Of a stretch of DNA of 64,000 bases, positions 39,829 to 49,450 are shown piece after piece (position 1 is the stretch's first letter; every line of letters starts with the position of its first letter). The stretch comes from an uncultured Clostridia bacterium (GTDB lineage: Bacteria; Bacillota; Clostridia; Christensenellales; UBA1242). A program made the translations under genes and the position numbers. The DNA lies in contig CALVLZ010000009.1 in the NCBI GenBank assembly GCA_944341445.1, positions 10,062 to 74,061 on the forward strand, in the 5' to 3' direction. Below the pieces are notes generated by a model. It was not told the origin of the DNA. It did no database searches and saw only the letters and a program-made list of their open reading frames with translations.

Positions 39829-41780
39829 ACCTCTGTTCCACTAGGAATATCTTTTAATGTTGTTACAAGTGTTAACAAGCCTTTTTCATCATCTGCTGCA
39901 CACAATATCATTCCAGAACTTAAAATACCTTTTAATTTTATTGGTTTTAAGTTTGTAACAACCACAACATTTTTGTTAATTATATCTTCTGGCTTATAGA
40001 ATTTTGAAATACCACTAACAATTGTTCTAACTTCGTTTCCAATTTGAACTGTGTTTTTTAATAACTTATCAGAATTTTCCACTTTAACACTATCAATAAC
40101 TTTTCCAATTTTTAATTCAATTTTATCAAAATCATCAATAGTTATTTCTGCTTTTTTAACTTCTTGTTTTGTTTCTTCCACTTTTTTATCTGCACCTTTG
40201 TTTTCATTATTCTTCATTAAATTTTCAATTTTAGTTAACTCTTCTTCAACTTTAACACGTTTGAATAATGGTTCACCTTTAACAACAACATTTCCACTTA
40301 AATTATTATTAAATTTTGCTATTGAATCAAAAGTTTTAAGTTCAGAATTTGTTATTCCAAGTTGATTAAACATTTTTTCTGCAGTTTCTGGAATAAATGC
40401 TTGCAAACAAACAGCAACAACTCTTAAAGTTTCATACAAATTATACATAACAGTTTGCAATCTTTCTATATTTTGTTCTTTATATAAAACCCAAGGAGTA
40501 GTTATGTCAATATATTTATTAGCGCTTCTTACTAATTCAATAATTTTATTTAAGCACAAATCAACTCTATAATCACTTATTAAATTTTTAAGTTCTTTAA
40601 TTAAGTTTTCACTTTGTTTAACTAAATCATAATCCTCATTTGTTAAGCTATTAGCCTTTGGAACAATTCCTCCAAAATATTGAGTTATCATTGCACAAGT
40701 ACGGCTTAACAAGTTACCTAAATCGTTAGCCAAATCACTGTTATATGTGTTTAAAAATTTTTCTGTTGAATAAGGAACGTCTTTAACAATTGGACCTTCT
40801 TTTAAAGCATAATATCTAATAGAATCAACACCATAATTAGAAAGAATGTTGATATCCATACAATTGCCTTTGCTTTTGCTTATTTTTTCACCAGAGTTTG
40901 TTACAAACCAACCGTGTGAATGAATATGTTTTGGAAGTTCCAAATTTAATGCTTTTAACAAAATTGGCCAAATTGTTGCGTGGAACCTTGTTATATCTCT
41001 TCCAACAAATTGAACATTTGCTGGCCAATATTCTTTAAACAATGTTTCATCTTCTGTGCCATACCCTAAAGCTGAAATATAGTTTAAAAGTGCGTCCACC
41101 CAAACATAAACAACATGTTTTTCATCAAAAGGAACTTTTATGCCCCAATCAAAAGTTGTTCTTGAAACACAAAGGTCTGTTAATTTTGCTTCAACAAAGT
41201 TTTTGTATATTTCATTTTTTCTGCTTTCTGGAACTAACCAATTTTCTTTATTTTTAAAAACATCTTCAATGAAATTTTGATATTTGCTTAGTTTAAAAAA
41301 GTAACTTTCTTCTTTTGCTTTTTCAACAGGTCTTCCACAATCTGGGCATTTGCCATTAACAAGTTGTGCTTCGCTAAAAAAAGTTTCGCAAGGAACGCAA
41401 TATAAACCTTCATATTCAGATTTGTAAATATCATCATTTTCTTTTAGTTTAGTTAAAACTTTTTGAACTAATTTAACATGTGCTTCATCTGTTGTTCTAA
41501 TATATTTGTCATATGAAATATTTAATAATTTCCACAAATCTTTAAATTTAACATCAATTTTATCAACAAATTGTTTTGGTGTTAAACCAGCTTTTTCTGC
41601 ATTTCTTTCAATTTTTTGACCATGTTCATCTGCACCTGTTAAAAATAAAACATCATAGCCATCTAATCTTTTAAATCTTGCAACAGCATCTGCAATAATG
41701 CTTGTGTAAGCATGACCAATATGTAAATCTCCGCTTGCATAATATATTGGAGTTGTAACAAAAAATTTTTCTTTTTTCAT
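39822..41780 (-). CDS. metG: Methionine--tRNA ligase with C-terminal tRNA-binding (EMAP-like) domain
   Basis: 652 aa with a HIGH-type motif (HIGHAYT), KISKS and a CPDCG zinc knuckle. The C-terminal OB domain contains LKNTVQIGNEVRTIVSGI. Confidence 0.95.
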   Translation of the reverse strand: MKKEKFFVTTPIYYASGDLHIGHAYTSIIADAVARFKRLDGYDVLFLTGADEHGQKIERNAEKAGLTPKQFVDKIDVKFKDLWKLLNISYDKYIRTTDEAHVKLVQKVLTKLKENDDIYKSEYEGLYCVPCETFFSEAQLVNGKCPDCGRPVEKAKEESYFFKLSKYQNFIEDVFKNKENWLVPESRKNEIYKNFVEAKLTDLCVSRTTFDWGIKVPFDEKHVVYVWVDALLNYISALGYGTEDETLFKEYWPANVQFVGRDITRFHATIWPILLKALNLELPKHIHSHGWFVTNSGEKISKSKGNCMDINILSNYGVDSIRYYALKEGPIVKDVPYSTEKFLNTYNSDLANDLGNLLSRTCAMITQYFGGIVPKANSLTNEDYDLVKQSENLIKELKNLISDYRVDLCLNKIIELVRSANKYIDITTPWVLYKEQNIERLQTVMYNLYETLRVVAVCLQAFIPETAEKMFNQLGITNSELKTFDSIAKFNNNLSGNVVVKGEPLFKRVKVEEELTKIENLMKNNENKGADKKVEETKQEVKKAEITIDDFDKIELKIGKVIDSVKVENSDKLLKNTVQIGNEVRTIVSGISKFYKPEDIINKNVVVVTNLKPIKLKGILSSGMILCAADDEKGLLTLVTTLKDIPSGTEVC

Positions 41781-41950
41781 ATCTTCACCACTTTTAATAA
41801 TACTACCTAGAATTATAACAAAGTACGCAGTAATTGTAAAGTGCTATAAATTAATAATAATTAATATATAAAGGCTTATGGTGCCATTTTTACAATTTTT
41901 ATAACATATACACACAAATATTTTCATAAATATATTTTAAAGGAATTTTT

Positions 41951-42517
41951 ATGAATATTATTTGGACAAGTTTAACTATAATTTGCTTATGTGTTTTGCT
42001 AGTAACAAACCCCAATTTAGCATTTAATGCGTTAATTGATGGAAGTGAAAAAGCAATTAATCTTGGCATTAAACTTTGGGCAATTTATGCAGTTTGGCTT
42101 GGAATATTGCAAATTATTGAAGATACACAATTAGATAAAAAAATTGCAAATTTATTAAACCCGCTTATTAAATATTTAATGGGCAATCAGCACCCAGAAA
42201 CCAACAAACAAATTGCAATTAACATAACAGCAAATTTTTTAGGAATGGGCAATGCCTGCACTCCAAGTGGAATAAAATCAATAAACCTATTATTAAAAAA
42301 CAAAAAGAAAGCAACAAACGCATCCATTATGTTTTTAATTTTAAACACAACAAGTTTGCAATTGTTACCAACAACTGTTATTGGTTTAAGGTTGTTAAAT
42401 AACAGCACTAACGCAACAAGCATTATTTTGCCGTGCTTTATTGCAACTTTATGCAGCACAGTTATTGGAATTATTCTTTGCAAAATATGTAGCAAATTTT
42501 ATAAGGACGAAAATTAA
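41951..42517 (+). CDS. spmA: Spore maturation protein A (nucleoside-recognition-domain membrane protein)
   Basis: 188 aa, polytopic, with a Gate/nucleoside-recognition-like segment (ANFLGMGNACTPSG). It is directly followed by spmB. Confidence 0.75.
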   Translation: MNIIWTSLTIICLCVLLVTNPNLAFNALIDGSEKAINLGIKLWAIYAVWLGILQIIEDTQLDKKIANLLNPLIKYLMGNQHPETNKQIAINITANFLGMGNACTPSGIKSINLLLKNKKKATNASIMFLILNTTSLQLLPTTVIGLRLLNNSTNATSIILPCFIATLCSTVIGIILCKICSKFYKDEN

Positions 42518-42518
42518 T

Positions 42519-43028
42519 ATGATTTCAGATTATATTGTTCCTGCTTTTATTATTGCAATCATTTTATACTCTATTTTTAAAAAAAATAACACCTATAATT
42601 CTTTTATAACAGGTGCTAAAAGTTCTTTTGATTTAATTATAACCACAATTCCATATTTAGTGGCAATATTTATTTTAATTGAAGTTTTCACAATCTCTGG
42701 TTTGTCTAACAACATTTCAAACGCATTATCACCAATTTTAAGTGTGTTTGGAATACCAAAAGAATTAAGTGAGTTAATAATATTAAAACCCTTTTCTGGA
42801 AGTGGCAGTTTGGCTGTTTTAGAAAATATTTTTAATACATATGGTGTTGATAGTTACATTTCAAAATGTGCGTGTGCAGTTGTTTCTAGCGGTGAAACAA
42901 TATTTTTTGTTAGCGCAGTTTATTTTTCACAAACCAAAATTAAAAATTTAAAATACGGAATTCCTGTTGCTCTAATAGCAAATTTTTTAGGAGCCGTTGT
43001 TGGTTGCTTTTTTTGTAGGTTTATTTAG
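42519..43028 (+). CDS. spmB: Spore maturation protein B
   Basis: The ATG at 42519 follows an AAGGA RBS, 1 nt after the spmA stop. 169 aa, polytopic, with the KPFSGSGSLAV motif typical of SpmB. Confidence 0.75.
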   Translation: MISDYIVPAFIIAIILYSIFKKNNTYNSFITGAKSSFDLIITTIPYLVAIFILIEVFTISGLSNNISNALSPILSVFGIPKELSELIILKPFSGSGSLAVLENIFNTYGVDSYISKCACAVVSSGETIFFVSAVYFSQTKIKNLKYGIPVALIANFLGAVVGCFFCRFI

Positions 43029-43824
43029 ATAATTGTGTTGCCTCTTTATAAACCTCACTTTTTTTAATGTTTCTTTCTTTTGCAACAATTTTTATTGCAT
43101 CATTTTTTGAAAAACCTAAATTAATGTAATGTTGAATATGTTCAGCAATTGTTAAATTTTCAAATTCATTTGTTCCGTTATTTCCTTCCACAACTAAAAC
43201 AAACTCGCCTTTAACAACACCAGAATATCCATCTTTTAATGTTGTGAAATTAACTTCTTCAAAAGCTTTTGTTAACTCACGAGTTACTGCAACTTTTCTG
43301 TTGCCCAACACTTCAAACATAACTTTAAAATTTTCTTCTATGTTATGTGGAGAAACATAAAAAATTAATGTGCTTTTATAATCTTTAACTTCTTTTAACA
43401 AATTCATTGTTTCTTGTTTTTTGTTTGGCAAAAATCCAATAAAAGTGAATGGAACATTAAAGCCACTTAAAACAAAAGCCATCAATCCCGCACTTGCACC
43501 TGGAATAACTGTGTATTCAAGTTTTTCTTTTATAACTTCTTGTAATAACACAAAGCCTGGGTCTGATATGCAAGGCATTCCAGCATCTGATATAACACAA
43601 ATATTTTTGTTATCTTTTAAATCACTAACCACTTTATTTTTTTGTTGTTGTTCATTAAATTTATGATAAGAATATAGTGGTTTATTTATATCGTAATGTT
43701 TTAATAAAACAGAACTAGTTCTTGTGTCTTCACACAAAATATAATCACAATTTTTTAAAACTTCAATTGCCCTAAAAGTTATATCTTTTAAATTGCCAAT
43801 TGGAGTTGCAACAAAATATAACAT
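43021..43824 (-). CDS. rsmI: 16S rRNA (cytidine1402-2'-O)-methyltransferase RsmI
   Basis: 267 aa. N-terminus is MLYFVATPIGNLKDIT. It has the tetrapyrrole-methylase fold motifs CEDTR and DAGMPCISDPG. Confidence 0.9.
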   Translation of the reverse strand: MLYFVATPIGNLKDITFRAIEVLKNCDYILCEDTRTSSVLLKHYDINKPLYSYHKFNEQQQKNKVVSDLKDNKNICVISDAGMPCISDPGFVLLQEVIKEKLEYTVIPGASAGLMAFVLSGFNVPFTFIGFLPNKKQETMNLLKEVKDYKSTLIFYVSPHNIEENFKVMFEVLGNRKVAVTRELTKAFEEVNFTTLKDGYSGVVKGEFVLVVEGNNGTNEFENLTIAEHIQHYINLGFSKNDAIKIVAKERNIKKSEVYKEATQLSK

Positions 43825-43861
43825 ACAACACTCCCACTACTATGCAAAGTATAATTTAATA

Positions 43862-44521
43862 CTATTCAAAATCAATTTTTAAGCCTTTTTTAGCGCCTTT
43901 TTGTGCTTCAACTAAAACTCTAACAGTTTTGCCTTTTAAAAACTTTAAACGTTTTGCTTCTATTCCATACTTTGTTAACAAACTTAAAATTTCAGCTAAT
44001 CTTTCAGCCTTATGAACCATATAAAATTTACCACCAAACTTTAAAAGTTTTTGACTTTCTTTTATTATATCTTCCAAAGTTACTAAAATTTCATGTCTGC
44101 AAATTGCAATTTCTTCACTTTCATTTTTAACCTGTTTGTTCTCTTCATACGGAGGATTAACTGTTATTGTGCTAGCAAAGTTAGCACCAATTTTTTTATA
44201 AACATTTTGTAATGCACTATTAACAACAACCACACTTTCTTCTAGTTTGTTATATTGAACACTACGCTCTGCCATATCTGCTAATTCTTGTTGAACTTCA
44301 ACTAAAATAACTTTTTTAGCTTGCGTTTTTTTCAAAGCCAAAATTCCAACCACTCCACTTCCAGAGCACAAATCAACAATTACACCATTTTTTTCACACT
44401 TGCAAAAATTTGCAAGAGCAACTGCGTCAGATGTAAAACAATATTTTTTAGGGTTTTGAATTAAAAATAAATTTTTAAATTGCAAATCGTCTAATCTTTC
44501 TTCTTCTTTAATTAAACTCAT
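43862..44521 (-). CDS. SAM-dependent N6-adenine methyltransferase, YabB/TrmN6-like
   Basis: 219 aa with a DLCSGSG SAM motif and an NPPY catalytic motif. Its position between rsmI and ricT matches Bacillus yabB. Confidence 0.7.
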   Translation of the reverse strand: MSLIKEEERLDDLQFKNLFLIQNPKKYCFTSDAVALANFCKCEKNGVIVDLCSGSGVVGILALKKTQAKKVILVEVQQELADMAERSVQYNKLEESVVVVNSALQNVYKKIGANFASTITVNPPYEENKQVKNESEEIAICRHEILVTLEDIIKESQKLLKFGGKFYMVHKAERLAEILSLLTKYGIEAKRLKFLKGKTVRVLVEAQKGAKKGLKIDFE

Positions 44522-45492
44522 TATTTTTTCTTCTTTTTAAATTTCTTTTTAAACTTTTTATCCTCAGACTTTTTGTTTGTTTTTGTATTCAAATTTTCTG
44601 CATTTTCTTCAAATTTTTCAATCACAGTTTCTTCTTTAATTTCTTTTGCGTTAACATCTTCTTGTTTTTCTCTTTTTAAAGCTGGAACTTCAAATTTAAC
44701 ATCACTTAAGTTATAAACATTTAATTTAACATTTTCATTTTCGCCAACTTTAACAGTAACTTTTTCACTTAAAACATCGTTATATTGAACAAGGCCTTTG
44801 CCATCTGGAGTTATAACACAAGAATTTAATTTTGGCATTTTTGAAAGTGTTTCGGCATAATGCTCGTTTTCATATGCCAAACAGCACATCAATCTTCCAC
44901 ACACGCCACTAATTTTAGTTGGGTTAAGTGATAAGCCTTGATTCTTTGCCATTTTAATGCTAACTTTATCAAATTCGCACAAATATCTTTTGCAACAAGT
45001 TACTTGCCCACAAGCACCAATTGCACCAACAATTTTTGCTTGGTCTCTAATTCCAATTTGCTTTAATTCAATTCTTAATTTTAATTTGTTTGCTAATTCT
45101 TTAACTAAATCTCTAAAATCAACACGGTCTTCGCAAACAAAACTAATAATCACTTTGTTATCATCCAAAGTGAATTCAATATCAACCAACTTCATATTTA
45201 AGTTAAACTTGTTAATAAGGTCATTGGTTACATTTTTAACTTCATCATATCTTTTGTTTAAGTCTTCCATTTTTTGCAAATCTTCTTTAGTTGCAATTCT
45301 AACAACGTTTTGCAAATTTTCAATTTGTTCATTTTTATCTAACTGTTTTTCACTTCCAACAACAATGCCTATTTCTTTACCTCTAGAAGTTTCAACAACC
45401 ACTTTTTCGTTTTCTTTTAAAGTTAAACCATTTGTTGAAAATGAATACACTTTACCGCCATCTTTAAATTTTATTCCAATTATTGTTTGCAT
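44521..45492 (-). CDS. ricT: PSP1-domain protein RicT/YaaT
   Basis: 323 aa with a PSP1 domain carrying a Cys cluster (GACGQVTCCKRYL...GVCGRLMCCL). It lies downstream of holB as in Bacillus and has a K-rich tail. Confidence 0.85.
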   Translation of the reverse strand: MQTIIGIKFKDGGKVYSFSTNGLTLKENEKVVVETSRGKEIGIVVGSEKQLDKNEQIENLQNVVRIATKEDLQKMEDLNKRYDEVKNVTNDLINKFNLNMKLVDIEFTLDDNKVIISFVCEDRVDFRDLVKELANKLKLRIELKQIGIRDQAKIVGAIGACGQVTCCKRYLCEFDKVSIKMAKNQGLSLNPTKISGVCGRLMCCLAYENEHYAETLSKMPKLNSCVITPDGKGLVQYNDVLSEKVTVKVGENENVKLNVYNLSDVKFEVPALKREKQEDVNAKEIKEETVIEKFEENAENLNTKTNKKSEDKKFKKKFKKKKK

Positions 45493-46463
45493 TTATATTT
45501 AGCCTCCAAAATATTCATTAAAAGAGAATCTACCACACTTTGAATGTTGCAATTAGATTGCAACTTTAAATTTGCTTCATTAATTTGTTCAACAATTTTA
45601 TTAAGCATTTTAATATTATATATGTTTAAAATGTTTTCTAATCTTTTTTGTGCGTGCTTGTTTATTATTGTATTTTGTTTACCATTTTTTAGCATTGCAA
45701 TATCGTATGCAACATTAATTAAATTTTCAAGCAAAGTTTGAATGTGTGCACTAAAACTAATAAACTTATAACTATATTCTAAAACTTGTGAACTATTGAT
45801 TAAACTTTCAAAAACACTAATTGCTAATTCATTAATTTTAAAAATTTCTTCATTTTCGCTTAATTCAATTGCTTTTGTTAAGTTGCCAACTGAAATATTA
45901 GAAATAACATCTGCTTTATCAATGTTTTTTTCTTTTAAAAACAAATTTATGTTTTCTTTACTAACGTTTCCAACAAATATTTTTTTGCATCTGCTTAAAA
46001 TTGTATTTAAAACTTTGTTAGAGTTTTTAGTGTTAATTAAAAAAACAACACAACCATTTGGCTCTTCAATTGTTTTTAATAGTTTGTTTTGTGCTTGAAT
46101 TGTTGCATTTTCAAAGTTGTTAATTATATATATTTTCTTTTCATTTTCATATGGTTTAATTAAACAATCATCAACAATTGCATTAGCATCTTCAACCACA
46201 AAGTTTTTATTTTTTTCTGGATGAATTTTAATATCAACACAATTGCTATGTGAAATTTTTTTGCAAGTTACACATTCATCACAAGGTGCATCATCATTTC
46301 CACACAAAATATGCTTTGCAATTTCAACGCAAAAAAACTTATTAAGTGCATCATCATCTCCACTTAACAAATACGCGTGATTTAACATATTGTTTTGAAT
46401 ATCTTTATTTATTATTGTATAAGCAAAACTGCTTTTATATATATTATTTAAAACACTTTTCAT
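45480..46463 (-). CDS. holB: DNA polymerase III subunit delta'
   Basis: 327 aa with an AAA+-like fold. It has a zinc module (CDECVTCKKISHSNCVD) and the LLKTIEEP and SRC motifs. Confidence 0.8.
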   Translation of the reverse strand: MKSVLNNIYKSSFAYTIINKDIQNNMLNHAYLLSGDDDALNKFFCVEIAKHILCGNDDAPCDECVTCKKISHSNCVDIKIHPEKNKNFVVEDANAIVDDCLIKPYENEKKIYIINNFENATIQAQNKLLKTIEEPNGCVVFLINTKNSNKVLNTILSRCKKIFVGNVSKENINLFLKEKNIDKADVISNISVGNLTKAIELSENEEIFKINELAISVFESLINSSQVLEYSYKFISFSAHIQTLLENLINVAYDIAMLKNGKQNTIINKHAQKRLENILNIYNIKMLNKIVEQINEANLKLQSNCNIQSVVDSLLMNILEAKYKCKQ

Positions 46464-46544
46464 ATTAATTATTTTAACATACTAAATAAAATTTAACAAA
46501 TATTTAAAAATTATAAATACGTATTATTTTTTATTAAACAAAAA

Positions 46545-46567
46545 AACGAGGAAATATTACCCTCGTT
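46545..46567 (-). terminator. Rho-independent terminator of the MFS gene
   Basis: aacgagg / cctcgtt stem with a 9-nt loop, adjacent to the stop codon. A T-run follows on the minus strand. Confidence 0.65.
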
Positions 46568-47887
46568 TTATTTTTCTTCATTAATTTTGTTCTCACTGAT
46601 TTCGTTGCTTTCAACATTATTTTCAACTTTAACATTCTTTTTTGGAACAATAACAAAAGCAAAAACAACTAAAGCAATAATCATAAATATTGTTGCATAT
46701 GGGAAATACGCTTGCAAACCAATTTTATCAAACACAAAACCAATTAAAATTGGAGTTATGCTTTGTGCAATTTGGCTTGCACTATAATATGCACCAGTGT
46801 ATTTTCCAACATTTTTGCAACTAGCAAGTTCCACAAACATTGGATATGAATTAACATTTATAATTGCCCAACCAGCACCTGCAATAATAAACAACAAAAC
46901 TAACCAAAAATTAAATTGTTTTATAATGCAAGCCATTCCTAAGCTAAATATCATTAAGCCTAAGCCCAAAATTATGCTTGTTTTTCTTCCTAATTTATTG
47001 GATATAAGAATACTTGGCATAAAGGTTATTAAGCTTGAAATTGCTAAAATTGCGGTTAAAATTCCCCACTTATCTGTTTTTAGCACTTGCGTGCCATAAA
47101 TTGAACCAAAAGTTTCAACAGCATTAAATGCAAAATACCACAAAAATACACTGAAAATTAATAAAATTAAATTGCGTTTATCTAATTTGCTAAGAGGTTT
47201 ATCAGGAATTATCTCTTCATTAGTTTCGCTTAATTTTTCACCTAATTCAAGTTCCTCTTTCATGCTTTCAACAATTTTATTTTCTCTAATTTTTAAAACT
47301 AAAACAATTAATGCAACAGCCATAAAAATTGAAGTTATAACAAACGGCCAAATTAAACTTTGTGGATTTTTTATTGAAAAAATCATTGTTAAAACGCTTC
47401 CAATTATAGCGCCAATATAACCCACAAAATTAATAATTGCATTTGCTTTGCTTCTTAATGGCTTTGGTGTTATGTCTGGCATTAAAGCAACTGCTGGAGA
47501 TCTATAAACATTCATTGCAATTAATATTATTGCCATCATTAAAATAACACCAACTAAGGAATTTTTTAAAAATAAAAATGGAATAAATGGAAAAGCAATT
47601 AATGAAATAATTGTTCCAACAATAATATAAGGCATTCGTTTGCCCATTTTTGATTTTGTTCTATCAGATAAAGAACCAAAAATTGGTAACATAAACAATG
47701 CTAACACATTATCTAAAGCCATTATTAAACCAATTATGTAATGATAGTCACTATCTCCCTTGTATGTTTTTAGCAAAGATTCCAAAAACAAAGGACAATA
47801 ATAATTATACACTTGCCAAAGCATTAAAATTGTAAAAAAAGCAAATCCAACTAAAAAAGTTCTCTTATTATTTAATTTTAAATTCAT
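46568..47887 (-). CDS. MFS transporter
   Basis: 439 aa with about 12 TM helices and a central hydrophilic loop. It carries the MFS-like motif GSLSDRTKSKMGKRMP. Confidence 0.8.
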   Translation of the reverse strand: MNLKLNNKRTFLVGFAFFTILMLWQVYNYYCPLFLESLLKTYKGDSDYHYIIGLIMALDNVLALFMLPIFGSLSDRTKSKMGKRMPYIIVGTIISLIAFPFIPFLFLKNSLVGVILMMAIILIAMNVYRSPAVALMPDITPKPLRSKANAIINFVGYIGAIIGSVLTMIFSIKNPQSLIWPFVITSIFMAVALIVLVLKIRENKIVESMKEELELGEKLSETNEEIIPDKPLSKLDKRNLILLIFSVFLWYFAFNAVETFGSIYGTQVLKTDKWGILTAILAISSLITFMPSILISNKLGRKTSIILGLGLMIFSLGMACIIKQFNFWLVLLFIIAGAGWAIINVNSYPMFVELASCKNVGKYTGAYYSASQIAQSITPILIGFVFDKIGLQAYFPYATIFMIIALVVFAFVIVPKKNVKVENNVESNEISENKINEEK

Positions 47888-47960
47888 TACGCATCTCTTT
47901 AATTAATAATCATTAATTTATAATATCAAATACAAAAAAATAAGTAAAATAAATAAAAAA

Positions 47961-47982
47961 AGTTCTGCATTCTAGCAGAACT
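47961..47982 (-). terminator. Rho-independent terminator of greA
   Basis: agttctgc / gcagaact stem with a 6-nt loop. A T-run follows on the minus strand. Confidence 0.7.
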
Positions 47983-47987
47983 TTTAA

Positions 47988-48461
47988 TTAATTTTTAATG
48001 TCTTTAACTTTTAATTTCATTTTGCTAACAGGAGTTTTAATTTCAACAATATCGCCTTTCTTTGCACCGATTAATGCTTTGCCGATTGGACTTTCATTGC
48101 TAATTAAACCTTTTGTTGGGTCACTTTCAAAACTACCCATAATTTTAAAAGACAAAGTTTCTTTAAACTCTAAATCTTCAACAACAACAGTTGCCCCAAC
48201 AGAAACTTGAGAAGTATCAACTTTGCTTTTGCTTATTATTTTTGCTGTTCTTAAAGTGTTTTCAATTTGAGCAATTTCTTGTTGAAGAGCAGATTCTTCT
48301 TCACGTGCAGCATCGTATTCACTGTTTTCACTAATATCACCAAAACTTCTTGCAACTTCAATTTTGTTTGCAATTTCAATTCTCTTTTCACTTTTTAGGT
48401 ATTGAAGTTTGTTCTCTAATTCCTTATATGCTTCTTTTGTTAAAAAAACTTCGTTTTCCAT
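47988..48461 (-). CDS. greA: Transcription elongation factor GreA
   Basis: 157 aa with a coiled-coil N-terminal domain containing the acidic tip (GDISENSEYDAAREE). The C-terminal domain ends in SPIGKALIGAKKGD. Confidence 0.95.
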   Translation of the reverse strand: MENEVFLTKEAYKELENKLQYLKSEKRIEIANKIEVARSFGDISENSEYDAAREEESALQQEIAQIENTLRTAKIISKSKVDTSQVSVGATVVVEDLEFKETLSFKIMGSFESDPTKGLISNESPIGKALIGAKKGDIVEIKTPVSKMKLKVKDIKN

Positions 48462-48677
48462 AATTATAACCTCTCCTATTTATTTTTGTTTGCTGATTAA
48501 TAAAAAAATAACAGATTTCCTGCTACTATTACATTTCATATATGCAGATGATATACCTTTTAAGGCAAAAAGTCAAACAATTAAAAAAAATTTATATTTT
48601 TATATATATGCTTTTTTATTTCTTTTATGTTATTATATTATAAATAAATCATAACATATAGTATTGGAGTTTTTTTA

Positions 48678-48935
48678 ATGAAGATTTGGGCAAAAGTTAT
48701 TCGTGATAATAAAATTGTAAAAGATTACATATTTAAAACAGACAAACCTTTTGAAATACAGGATTTTTTTGATTATATGAACGATATTTGCTATAACCTA
48801 AACCTTGGAACACCAATTATTGTTGCAAAGCATATAAGCAATTTTATTATGTTTAGATCCGTTAGATTTATGCCTGATAATTTTATTGAATCTTGTAACT
48901 TTGATTATTTGCAATTAGTTAATATAACAGAATAA
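48678..48935 (+). CDS. Hypothetical small protein
   Basis: 85-aa ORF preceded by ggag. I recognise no family. Confidence 0.4.
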   Translation: MKIWAKVIRDNKIVKDYIFKTDKPFEIQDFFDYMNDICYNLNLGTPIIVAKHISNFIMFRSVRFMPDNFIESCNFDYLQLVNITE

Positions 48936-48988
48936 TTTTGAATACTTTTTTTATTTTTACACAAACTAAAATAAAAAAAGGAGAAGTT

Positions 48989-49381
48989 ATGATTACTTTA
49001 AGTGCTTTTATATTAACTATTGTTGGATGCATTAATTGGTTTTGTATTGCTATTTTCCAATATGACTTTGTTGCAGGATTATTTGGTTCACAAGCAAGCA
49101 TTTTCAGCCGATTAATTTATGGAATTATTGGAATTGCTGCACTTCTTATGGTTTATGCTAGTTTTAAAAGCAAAGGTAAAATTGTTTTAAACGGAAAAAA
49201 ACAAACAGATAAAGAAATGCTTGGAATTAAGTTAAAATCTAAAAACAAAATTAAAGAAGAAAAATTAGCAACAAACACAGAAAGCGCAAAAGATAATGAC
49301 ATGCACAATTGTTCACATGAAAATAAGAAAAATTGTTCATGTGATAATATGCACCACCCAAAAAATGATAGACATAAATAA
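48989..49381 (+). CDS. DUF378-family membrane protein with His/Cys-rich C-terminal extension
   Basis: The ATG at 48989 is preceded by AAGGAG. 130 aa. Two TM helices carry the DUF378-like INWFCIAIFQYDFVAGLFG segment. The tail reads HNCSHENKKNCSCDNMHHPKNDRH. Confidence 0.65.
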   Translation: MITLSAFILTIVGCINWFCIAIFQYDFVAGLFGSQASIFSRLIYGIIGIAALLMVYASFKSKGKIVLNGKKQTDKEMLGIKLKSKNKIKEEKLATNTESAKDNDMHNCSHENKKNCSCDNMHHPKNDRHK

Positions 49382-49393
49382 AAAAAACAAAAA

Positions 49394-49418
49394 ACGCATA
49401 GTACTATGCGTTTTTTTA
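49394..49418 (+). terminator. Rho-independent terminator (also faces the dnaE end)
   Basis: acgcatag-ta-ctatgcgt palindrome followed by a T-run of 7. Confidence 0.7.
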
Positions 49419-49450
49419 TTTTGGCTTGTTTTTTATTGTTTTAATGAATT

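Noticed and set aside
41781-41950. Possible T-box leader upstream of metG (and likewise for trpS)
   Set aside because: The spacer is only about 170 nt and shared with the divergent spmA. I could not find a specifier-loop, terminator or antiterminator arrangement, or the conserved T-box sequence. trpS follows prfA after 11 nt, so it has no leader of its own.
44957-45502. 181-aa plus-strand ORF antisense to ricT
   Set aside because: ricT on the minus strand has clear PSP1-domain similarity. The antisense product is low-complexity S/L/F-rich.
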